The notes under the pieces were generated by a model. The model searched no databases. It was given only the letters and a program-made list of their open reading frames with translations, and was not told the origin of the DNA. From the IMG/VR virus record IMGVR_UViG_3300045988_036724: a DNA stretch of 41,473 nt; one strand, written 5' to 3'. This DNA comes from a virus. Every line of letters begins with the position of its first letter. Position 1 is the stretch's first letter. Shown piece after piece: positions 32,909-40,444 of the stretch. The position numbers and the translations under genes are program-made.

Positions 32909-33310
32909 ATGCTGGATAAACTGAATCATCTGAAAGACGAAATGTGCGAAGAGCTCATGGATCTGACCGACAAAAAGAACCGATCCCCGGGCGATGTTGA
33001 GATGATCGGCGAAATCGTGGACATCATTCTGGACATCCACCGCATCGAGGACTACTGCGAGGGCGGCGAGTACAGCCGTGCAGGCGAGTGGGAAGCTGAC
33101 ATGCGCGGATCTTTCAGCCGCGATGCCGGAAACGGTTACAACCGGGGCAACAGCTATGCCAACCGAGGCCGTCATTATGTGCGCGGGCACTACTCCCGCA
33201 CGGATGGCCGTGAGCGTATAATCTCTGACATCGAGGACATGATGCAGGACGCCACCGGCGCAGAGCGCGATGCCTGCAAGCGGGCCGCTGACATCTTGCG
33301 CAACGCATAA
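32909..33310 (+). CDS. hypothetical protein (helical ends, central G/Y/S/R-rich low-complexity region)
   Basis: AAAGGAG RBS. 133 aa. Confidence 0.65.
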   Translation: MLDKLNHLKDEMCEELMDLTDKKNRSPGDVEMIGEIVDIILDIHRIEDYCEGGEYSRAGEWEADMRGSFSRDAGNGYNRGNSYANRGRHYVRGHYSRTDGRERIISDIEDMMQDATGAERDACKRAADILRNA

Positions 33311-33327
33311 GAAAAGGGGCGGCAGGC

Positions 33328-33657
33328 ATGGACATTGACGAGATCAACACCCATATTCACAAGCTGAAATGCGGTGCAACGGACTGGCAGAGCGTGGAAA
33401 AGCTTGCCGCCCTCTGCACTGTGCGGGACGAGCTGGAAGAAACACACTCACCTGAAACGAAGATCCAGGCATTGCCGCCCGCGACTTATGCGGCGGCGTA
33501 CTCCACAGCAACGGAACCTCAAAGCGACTTTGTGGCGGCTGCCAGCTCTGTTCCTTTCGGCGGTCTGATGCAGGTGCTTGACGAGCACATGAAAGCAATA
33601 AAGCTGGTGTACCCGAAAGAGTATGAGCTAGTAATGCGGAAGATAAGCGACTTGTAA
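33328..33657 (+). CDS. hypothetical protein
   Basis: 109-aa ORF, the last gene before attP. Confidence 0.6.
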   Translation: MDIDEINTHIHKLKCGATDWQSVEKLAALCTVRDELEETHSPETKIQALPPATYAAAYSTATEPQSDFVAAASSVPFGGLMQVLDEHMKAIKLVYPKEYELVMRKISDL

Positions 33658-33712
33658 AAAGACATAGAATGTGCTATTTTTACATAGTCTTCAACGTTGG
33701 GACGCGAGGCAC

Positions 33713-33741
33713 ATAATCTAACAATAATCTGACAAATCAAT
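33713..33741 (+). repeat. attP arm-type repeat R1 (ATAATCTAACAATAATCTGACAAATCAAT)
   Basis: Contains two AATCT(A/G)ACAA units. A near-identical repeat lies at 33906-33935. Confidence 0.8.
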
Positions 33742-33770
33742 GATTATTTGCATAAATACGTCAAATAAAC

Positions 33771-33819
33771 TTGATTTGTAATCAGTGGGTTGCAGGTTCA
33801 ACTCCTGTCACCAGCTCCA
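33771..33819 (+). other. attP core: 3' portion (anticodon arm to CCA) of a tRNA-Thr(UGU)
   Basis: TTGA-TTTGTAA-TCAG, T arm GCAGG-TTCAACT-CCTGT, acceptor 3' strand CACCAGC-T-CCA. There is no matching 5' half, and a terminator hairpin follows. Confidence 0.8.
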
Positions 33820-33905
33820 AAAATAAACGCACGAACGATGAAAACGATTCGTTTGTGCGTTTTTCTTTTTGCTTAAAATACCTTAAAATCTCCTGAATGA
33901 ACGTG

Positions 33906-33935
33906 ATAATCTAACAAACAATCTAACAAATCAAT
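33906..33935 (+). repeat. attP arm-type repeat R2 (ATAATCTAACAAACAATCTAACAAATCAAT)
   Basis: Direct repeat of R1, on the other side of the core. It overlaps the int stop codon. Confidence 0.8.
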
Positions 33936-35064
33936 ACTTCATTTTTTGCATTTCCCGCAACAGATAAGCCGGGTCATTGTGGGAGACGTACTTGTTGGCT
34001 GTGGTGGAGAAATTTTTGTGACCCAAGATTGCCTGCACGGCGGTCTTTTCCAGGCCGCACTCCACCATCTTGCTGCTGGCTGTGTGGCGCAGCGTGTGTG
34101 GATGCACGCCCTCTATATGGCATTCCTGCATCAACGCCCGGAACTTTGTAGCCACGTTACGCTTGTCCAGCTTTGTGCCGGCTTTGGACGGTATCAGCCA
34201 TTCACACCCGCTGTCCATCATCCAAAAGGCAATGATCTTGTAAATGGGCTCAAGGATGGGGATGATGCGGTTCTTGCCCGCCTCGGTCTTTTCACCGCCC
34301 TGCATGTACCGCTCTTTCAGGTTCACGTCCTCACAGCGCATGGAAAGCAGCTCATCGATACGCATACCGGTGTAAAGCAGCACCATTGCGATTTGCGCCG
34401 TCTGCCCAAACTTCGGGTCGTCTTGTCGGCCGCTGATCCGCTCAATCTCTTGGGCGGTCAGGGTGCGTTCTTCCTTGCCTGTAGCCGCCGGGAGCTGCAG
34501 CAGCATGGCGTAATTTTTGTTTATGATATCCTGAGCCATTGCCCACTCGCAGATCTGGCTGAAAAGCGTGCGCTGCTTTTCGCAGGAGCTGCGTGAAAGG
34601 CCCTTTTCCACCATTGCGTCAATGACCTGTTGATAATCTGCCGCTTTCAAGTCCCGCAATTGTCGGTCGTATAGCGGCGCAGCCTTTGCATAGGCCAGCT
34701 CGTACCCCTTTTTCATGTCAGTACTGAGCTTGTCAAACTTGGGCTGCACTTTCCATTGGGCGTAGGCATCCGCAAAAGTGAATTTCAGACGCGCTGCGGG
34801 GGTGTTCTGGGCGTTGTAAGCATCCAGTGCTTGTACTGCTTCGCCCGGCGTCGCAAACGTCCCCAGAACGTCTCGCTTGGCTGTCAGGGCCACATACGGC
34901 TTTGACCTCGTCCCGCTCAGTTTATACACGCTGCCGCTGCCCTTTGGGCGGCGGCGTTTTTTTCTTTGCTGCGGGGCGGCTTCCGGCTGCTTCTTCCCGC
35001 ACCACGGACAAAAAGAAGCACCATCCGGGATCTCTTTCCGGCAGCATGGTCTCACGCATTTCAT
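33931..35064 (-). CDS. int: tyrosine integrase with N-terminal zinc ribbon and AP2-like arm-binding domain
   Basis: CCRKEIPDGASFCPWCG; GSGSVYKLSGTRSKPYVA...LGTFATPGEA; C-terminal HTLRHT...LGH...Y catalytic signature. Confidence 0.95.
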   Translation of the reverse strand: MKCVRPCCRKEIPDGASFCPWCGKKQPEAAPQQRKKRRRPKGSGSVYKLSGTRSKPYVALTAKRDVLGTFATPGEAVQALDAYNAQNTPAARLKFTFADAYAQWKVQPKFDKLSTDMKKGYELAYAKAAPLYDRQLRDLKAADYQQVIDAMVEKGLSRSSCEKQRTLFSQICEWAMAQDIINKNYAMLLQLPAATGKEERTLTAQEIERISGRQDDPKFGQTAQIAMVLLYTGMRIDELLSMRCEDVNLKERYMQGGEKTEAGKNRIIPILEPIYKIIAFWMMDSGCEWLIPSKAGTKLDKRNVATKFRALMQECHIEGVHPHTLRHTASSKMVECGLEKTAVQAILGHKNFSTTANKYVSHNDPAYLLREMQKMKY

Positions 35065-35067
35065 GGC

Positions 35068-35655
35068 TTACTCCTTTTTCTGCCCGATATATCCGAATGC
35101 GCCATTTTCAGCAGCGGCTCTTCCGGCCTTGTAGTTGATCTTCAGGTCGTCAATGGGAGGGTGCGGAGCGTCCGGGCATGGGTCTAATCCCATGCTCTGG
35201 GCAAAGTTGTATTGGTCGATGATGGTTCCGCATACGCTGACCCGGTTATTGAGCGGGCAGTGCAAGTTGGCTGCCACCTCGGAGATCACCGCGGGCGGGC
35301 TGCTGCCGTGGCTGCCTTTCAGTATGAAGAGAAGCAGCCTTTTTGTCAGCGGCGGCAGTTTTACCACGATACGGCGCAACTCCGCGTTTAACTCATCGTC
35401 GTCCTTGCCGTCATCCGGCACTTTGTACAGATCCGGGTGGGTCATCTCCATAAACACCGTGATGGGCGACACCCCACACGCCGTGCACCAGTCCATGATC
35501 TCGTCACTGTCCGGGCTGGTGCAGCCTTTTTCCCAGCTCTGCACGGTGCGCTCCCCTTTTTCGATGCGCCTTGCGATCTCCACTTGGCTCAGGCCAGCAG
35601 ACACCCGTGCTTTTGCAAGCGCTTTCCCGATTTGGCTCGCCGTAAAATAACTCAT
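35068..35655 (-). CDS. XRE-family HTH protein with a C-terminal domain of about 130 aa
   Basis: ATG at 35655. LSQVEIARRIEKGERTVQSWEKG. Only 3 nt separate it from int. Confidence 0.8.
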   Translation of the reverse strand: MSYFTASQIGKALAKARVSAGLSQVEIARRIEKGERTVQSWEKGCTSPDSDEIMDWCTACGVSPITVFMEMTHPDLYKVPDDGKDDDELNAELRRIVVKLPPLTKRLLLFILKGSHGSSPPAVISEVAANLHCPLNNRVSVCGTIIDQYNFAQSMGLDPCPDAPHPPIDDLKINYKAGRAAAENGAFGYIGQKKE

Positions 35656-35692
35656 ACTTTCGCCCCCATAATTCCGGTGTATTTTTAACAAA

Positions 35693-35719
35693 AAATGGCG
35701 CAGAAAAAATCTGCGCCAT
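35693..35719 (-). terminator. perfect 11-bp hairpin with T-run on the minus strand
   Basis: AATGGCGCAGA aaaaa TCTGCGCCATT. Confidence 0.5.
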
Positions 35720-35813
35720 TCGACAAATTTTATCCGTATTTTATTTTCCAACGGCGCATGGTAGAATTTGGTTTGTAAATCGTAGATGTGCACAAAAGAA
35801 AGGAGAAAGCAAA

Positions 35814-35924
35814 ATGGATTTTGAGCAAAGAAACGGTAAAGAAAACGAAATGACCATCATCGATGGAATGCCCGCCAGTATCCTGACTGGCACCGACCGC
35901 ACCCCTGCACCCTGGGAGGAATGA
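35814..35924 (+). CDS. 36-aa micro-ORF
   Basis: AAAGGAG RBS. MDFEQRNGKENEMTIIDGMPASILTGTDRTPAPWEE. Below the ORF-track size cutoff. Confidence 0.4.
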   Translation: MDFEQRNGKENEMTIIDGMPASILTGTDRTPAPWEE

Positions 35925-35927
35925 GTT

Positions 35928-36140
35928 ATGAAAAATCTGTCACACTTTCGCACCCATGCCCGTGCCCTGCTGGCCTGCTATTTGGATATGACCCCGGAGC
36001 AGCAGCGCCTTGCTCGCGCTTACATTCAAGATAAGGCCCTGCCGGAGGTGCAAGCCCTGCGTAACGCAGCCGGTACGCCCGGCGGGGCGCTGGCCGCTGA
36101 CCTGTTGCAAAATTTGCAACAGCCTTGCAACCGCGAATAA
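35928..36140 (+). CDS. hypothetical small protein
   Basis: GGGAGGA RBS. 70 aa. Followed by the hairpin ACGCGCA..TGCGCGT. Confidence 0.55.
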   Translation: MKNLSHFRTHARALLACYLDMTPEQQRLARAYIQDKALPEVQALRNAAGTPGGALAADLLQNLQQPCNRE

Positions 36141-36299
36141 CAACGCGCATATTTTGCGCGTATTCAGCGTAAAACGTGCAAAAGTCAGCGTAAATTTTAA
36201 CGCTTCAACGCAAATGAATAAATTTTTAACTTGTTTTGCGCATTTTTTTACGCTTGACGATATACAACTAATAGTTTTATAATATGGTTGTAAACAGGT

Positions 36300-37016
36300 T
36301 TACAGGCCAAGCAACTGAGATTTCTTTGCGTTGTACTCCGCTTCCGTGATGGCCCCCATATCCAGCAGCTGCTTAAACTTCAAAAGTTCATCGGCAGAGC
36401 TGGGGGCAGCCGGAGCGGTGCCCCGCGGCTGTTCTGGAGAGCCTTTGCAACTCTTGAGAAACGCAGTCATTCCGCCTGGATAAACCGTTGTCGGCAAGTT
36501 GCTTTCGCCTAGTGGAAGCGAAAAGTGGATAGATACGCTCTCTTTACTGCGACCCTTGCGGGTCTCTGTTTTAGCGGTGGCAGCGCCCACGATCGCACCC
36601 ACAGACCCGGCAACGGCTGCACCGATCACGGCACGGCCAATACCGCCCTTTGTCTCTGTCACCGTCAGATCGTCAGGCGCGTCAGATTCATAACCAACGA
36701 CTTCATCAAAGCTGTAGATCATGCGAGGGCCTTTATCACCGCCTCGGTGCCCAAAGTAAAAAAGCCGGTCGGTTTTGTCAATCGACACAAAGAGCGCGTC
36801 ACCATCATAGATGGAATCGGTTTCTTTGAACACTTTCCGACGCTGTTCCAGTGTAACCCAGTAGCCCACAAGGGCAGCTGTCGGTTGCTTTGCAGCCCGG
36901 ATGCCCAATTTTGAAAAGAAAAAATTGCTGCAGCTGGCGCAAATCAAGCCATCCGCGCTTTTCTCACGGTTCAGAAAGCCCAGCTTGCCGCCGCATATGG
37001 GGCAGATATTCGCCAT
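36300..37016 (-). CDS. zinc-ribbon / glycine-zipper / SHOCT-domain protein
   Basis: CPICGGKLG...CASCS; GGIGRAVIGAAVAGSVGAIVGAATA; C-terminal ELLKFKQLLDMGAITEAEYNAKKSQLL. Confidence 0.8.
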   Translation of the reverse strand: MANICPICGGKLGFLNREKSADGLICASCSNFFFSKLGIRAAKQPTAALVGYWVTLEQRRKVFKETDSIYDGDALFVSIDKTDRLFYFGHRGGDKGPRMIYSFDEVVGYESDAPDDLTVTETKGGIGRAVIGAAVAGSVGAIVGAATAKTETRKGRSKESVSIHFSLPLGESNLPTTVYPGGMTAFLKSCKGSPEQPRGTAPAAPSSADELLKFKQLLDMGAITEAEYNAKKSQLLGL

Positions 37017-37018
37017 GA

Positions 37019-38302
37019 TTACACCTCATTCTTCATTTCTTCTCTAGCTTTTTCAAGCTTCTTGAACTCGTCTTGAATGATTGATTTCAAATCATCGTTA
37101 TAATTGTGCGTAAGCAAGTCAATAGAATCTTTCCAACGCTGGTTAGAGTTCAGACGGCCACGATCCGTTTTCAAGGAACAAATCTTGTCCATTTGAGCGC
37201 TGGAAGAATTTTCAATTACAATCGAAAACAGATCTTTGGTGTGCGTTTCGACACTCCATAAAAGTAACGAAGGACTGTAGTTGAATTTCGCGCCGTGCAT
37301 CTCTGCAGCAGAAAGCTGTTTCAAATCTCTTTTGACAAAATCAATTTTATCAAAAAAATCAGTTACATCTTTTAAACGCTCAATGGATAGAAAATTGTCC
37401 AGAACGCGCCGCATTACAGCTTGCAAATATCCGACAGGAAGTTTATTTGCATAAGATGTGTCTATGCTCAAAGCCGCGGCTGTACGGTCCAACCCATCAC
37501 GAAAACCAAGCTCGTTCCAGTTCAAGGAGGCGGATTCAAGCTTTTTTCTGTATTTATCCACATCGATTCCGACGGCTTTGAGTTTTGCATCTTCCTCTGC
37601 TTTTTTGTGAGCCTTGTATTCGTCAATCTCGCGCCATATCTGGTAAACAACATCTTCCCAGTTACGCGGATCGCCACCTGCAAGTCTCCGATTGATGCCC
37701 CAAACTGAAAAATCATCAGACGCTTCAAGGTTATCAACCGTCAGCCCAGGAGCGTTCATCATATAAACCACATAAAAGTTGTCAGCTACTTCTTGCTTTC
37801 CAAATGCCGTTGGCGCGTATTTCCCGTTTTCCTGCATCTGGATAAACCCTCTTTCTTCAAGGGATTCCAGATAAAAATTGACGTTTTTCATACCGTATTC
37901 AAACCACCAGAAGCCTGGGTACCCCCGCTTTGGGTTTGGATAATCGCCAAAGGAGCAATAGTGTATCAGTGCAATTTCACCCACATACAGCCCTCTGGGG
38001 GATGGATAAGATGTTTTCTTTCGCTCCGCAAAAGACTGTACACGCAGCATCCCGTTTTTGGCTTTGAGCGAAAAAGACGGAACAAAATCAGTGTAATACT
38101 CGGGTTTTTCGTAAAACTTCTCATCCCCGTCTGGAATTGGAGGCTCATCCACAAAGGGCTTTGAAAAATCTTCACAGATGGCGTTTTCTTTTAGCTTTAA
38201 ACCCGCTTCGGGTTTTAACGGCGCTTCTCGGATGTCAGATTTGGCTTCAGACTGCGCTTTTGAATCGGGCTTTTTCCCAAAGACAAGAGACAGAAGCCCC
38301 AT
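37019..38302 (-). CDS. 427-aa protein of unknown function, AT-rich
   Basis: GAGGTG RBS. Translationally coupled to the downstream gene (TAA-tc-ATG). I recognise no motif in it. Confidence 0.8.
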   Translation of the reverse strand: MGLLSLVFGKKPDSKAQSEAKSDIREAPLKPEAGLKLKENAICEDFSKPFVDEPPIPDGDEKFYEKPEYYTDFVPSFSLKAKNGMLRVQSFAERKKTSYPSPRGLYVGEIALIHYCSFGDYPNPKRGYPGFWWFEYGMKNVNFYLESLEERGFIQMQENGKYAPTAFGKQEVADNFYVVYMMNAPGLTVDNLEASDDFSVWGINRRLAGGDPRNWEDVVYQIWREIDEYKAHKKAEEDAKLKAVGIDVDKYRKKLESASLNWNELGFRDGLDRTAAALSIDTSYANKLPVGYLQAVMRRVLDNFLSIERLKDVTDFFDKIDFVKRDLKQLSAAEMHGAKFNYSPSLLLWSVETHTKDLFSIVIENSSSAQMDKICSLKTDRGRLNSNQRWKDSIDLLTHNYNDDLKSIIQDEFKKLEKAREEMKNEV

Positions 38303-38350
38303 ACCGCAACACCTCGCACACTACATATTATATAAGGAGGATAAAACAAA

Positions 38351-38455
38351 ATGCAGGGTACAACTTTCAGCCAGGACGAAATCAAAAGAATCATCGAAAA
38401 GCTAAAGAGTGACCCTGCATTCCGTCAGAAAGTCCTCGATATTCTAAACAGCTAA
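38351..38455 (+). CDS. 34-aa micro-ORF convergent with cI
   Basis: AAGGAGG lies 9 nt before ATG 38351. MQGTTFSQDEIKRIIEKLKSDPAFRQKVLDILNS. No clear promoter. Confidence 0.3.
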   Translation: MQGTTFSQDEIKRIIEKLKSDPAFRQKVLDILNS

Positions 38456-38456
38456 A

Positions 38457-38798
38457 TCACAGTAACGCCCGGATCGCATTCTTTTTTGCGTCCGATGCGG
38501 CCATAATTTTTCTTACAAGCTCAGCATCTTCTGGAGACAGACTGCTCAGGTCTATCTCTCCAGCGATGCTGGGTTTTTCTTTTTGTGCCGGCTCTTGACC
38601 CATGAGCTCCTCAATAGAAATTTGCAAAAAGTCGGCTACCAGCAATAGCTTGTCTTTCGGCGGATAGCGCTTTCCATTAGCCCATTTTCCTACTGTTCCG
38701 TTGGCAAATTTCAAATCTTTCTCCATTTTTGTAATGGAGCTTCCTCGATTTTTACACGATGCACGGATAAATTCCACCAGTTCAGGCAAAGAACGCAT
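38457..38798 (-). CDS. CI-like repressor (XRE HTH)
   Basis: SSITKMEKDLKFANGTVGKWANGKRYP. Divergent from the Cro-like gene across an operator-promoter region. Confidence 0.85.
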   Translation of the reverse strand: MRSLPELVEFIRASCKNRGSSITKMEKDLKFANGTVGKWANGKRYPPKDKLLLVADFLQISIEELMGQEPAQKEKPSIAGEIDLSSLSPEDAELVRKIMAASDAKKNAIRALL

Positions 38799-38814
38799 AA
38801 AAAAATTCCTCCAA

Positions 38815-38858
38815 TAGCCTAATTTTCTATTGACAGCTAGAAAATTAGGCTATATAAT
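38815..38858 (+). promoter_or_regulatory. early rightward promoter (TTGACA-17-TATAAT) embedded in a perfect 15-bp inverted-repeat operator
   Basis: TAGCCTAATTTTCTA ttgacagc TAGAAAATTAGGCTA tataat. A further ATTTTCTAG half-site lies near 38960. Confidence 0.8.
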
Positions 38859-38999
38859 AGAGAGCGTAAGGAGCAAACAAAACCAAAGCCCCTGACAATA
38901 TTATATCGGGCAGACGCTAGATTTTATTCACTTTGTACCTTGCAAATACATAGTAGCATATTTTCTAGTGATTTTCAAGCCCGGAAAGGAGAATTGCTA

Positions 39000-39227
39000 G
39001 TGAATGTTTCAAAAATTGACCAGTTTTGCAAGTTGCACGGACTGAGCCGCACCGATCTGGAGGCGGCTGCAGGCCTGAGCAACGGCGCAATCGGCAAGTG
39101 GGAGCGCTCGATTTACGGGCCCAGCCTTTCGCAGCTGCTCAAGCTTGCTAAGTATTTCAAGGTCACACTGAACGAGCTTGTGGTCTACGATGAGGAAAGA
39201 AAAGGAAAGGAGAATACAAGTGCCTGA
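39000..39227 (+). CDS. Cro-like HTH regulator
   Basis: AAAGGAG lies 8 nt before GTG 39000. LSRTDLEAAAGLSNGAIGKWER. Confidence 0.8.
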   Translation: MNVSKIDQFCKLHGLSRTDLEAAAGLSNGAIGKWERSIYGPSLSQLLKLAKYFKVTLNELVVYDEERKGKENTSA

Positions 39228-39417
39228 TTTTGAAACATTTTTGCTTGCGCTTGCATCGATTGTGCTCATTGTCGTTGCTTTTGGCTTTTCGTGGGCCGTC
39301 ATTTCCGGCCTTTGGTGGCTTATCTGCATGCTCATCGGTTGGCAGTTCTCTTTCGGCGTGGCCACCGCAATCTGGATTGTGGCGATGCTTATGAAATGGG
39401 TGACAAACCATGATTAA
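39220..39417 (+). CDS. small multi-pass membrane protein
   Basis: AAGGAG lies before GTG 39220. FLLALASIVLIVVAFGFSWAVISGLWWLICMLIGW... Confidence 0.6.
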   Translation: MPDFETFLLALASIVLIVVAFGFSWAVISGLWWLICMLIGWQFSFGVATAIWIVAMLMKWVTNHD

Positions 39418-39619
39418 GCCCGAACCGTGGACTGGCCGTTTGATTGGCCGAATGCACAACAACAAAGTCACGCTGGAACAGCTTGCCGCTTATCTGGGCT
39501 GGACAAAGAGCTACTGCTCGATGATCCTGAATGGCCAGCGCAAGCCGCGCGGCATCCGCGAGAAAATGGAAGCCGCCGTCAGCGAGATCATCAAGGAAAA
39601 GGAGGACAAAACGGCATGA
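39410..39619 (+). CDS. small HTH-like regulatory protein
   Basis: 69 aa. VTLEQLAAYLGWTKSYCSMILNG. Confidence 0.6.
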   Translation: MIKPEPWTGRLIGRMHNNKVTLEQLAAYLGWTKSYCSMILNGQRKPRGIREKMEAAVSEIIKEKEDKTA

Positions 39620-40404
39620 GCGAATTAAACAATCTCATCCCCATTAGCTACGAAAACCCGGAGCGCCCCACGGTGAGCGGCCGGGAGCTGCACGAGTTTT
39701 TGCAGGTTGATAGCAACTATACCACTTGGTTCAAGCGGATGTGTGAGTATGGCTTCACCGAGGGCGAGGACTATGTTCCAATTTTGGAAAATAGGTCTGA
39801 CGGCCTTGCAGGAAAGCCCCGCACCGATCACCAGTTGACTATCCCGATGGCCAAAGAGCTGTGCATGATCCAGCGCAACGAGCGTGGAAAGCAGGCCCGG
39901 CAATATTTTCTGGCCATTGAAGCCCAGTGGAATAGCCCGGAAGCGGTCATGCGCCGGGCGGTGCTTATCGCCCAGAAGCAGAACGACCAGCTCAAGGCCG
40001 TAAACAAACAGCTTTTGGCTGAGAACAGCGACCTGAAGCCAGATGCAGAGTATGCCAGGGCCGTGTGCATTGGCGATAACTGCCGGACGGCTACCAGCAT
40101 TGCAAAGGATTACGGCATGAGCGGCGAGAAGCTGAACAGCATCCTGCACGGGCTGAAAATCCAGTGGAAGAACAGCGACGGGCAGTGGGTGTTATACGCA
40201 AAGTATAGCGGCAAAGGTTACACCAAAAACCGCAAAGGCCGTCCGTTTGAGCACAACAGTGGCAAGATCACCACGCCAAACACCACCGTTTGGACGGAAG
40301 CGGGCCAGCGGTTCATTTATGAGCAGCTCAAGGCCATTGGCCTGACGCCCAGCATCGACCACAACGAGAATGTGGAACAGACCACGTTTGAAAGGGGTGC
40401 GTAA
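39616..40404 (+). CDS. antirepressor (AntA/ANT N-terminal plus KilAC C-terminal domains)
   Basis: ATG 39616. VSGRELHEFLQVDSNYTTWFKRM...; later TATSIAKDYGMSGEKLNSILHGLKIQ. Confidence 0.85.
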   Translation: MSELNNLIPISYENPERPTVSGRELHEFLQVDSNYTTWFKRMCEYGFTEGEDYVPILENRSDGLAGKPRTDHQLTIPMAKELCMIQRNERGKQARQYFLAIEAQWNSPEAVMRRAVLIAQKQNDQLKAVNKQLLAENSDLKPDAEYARAVCIGDNCRTATSIAKDYGMSGEKLNSILHGLKIQWKNSDGQWVLYAKYSGKGYTKNRKGRPFEHNSGKITTPNTTVWTEAGQRFIYEQLKAIGLTPSIDHNENVEQTTFERGA

Positions 40405-40444
40405 CATGACGCTGAACTGCATGAACGGTAAAGGAGGAGCAAGC

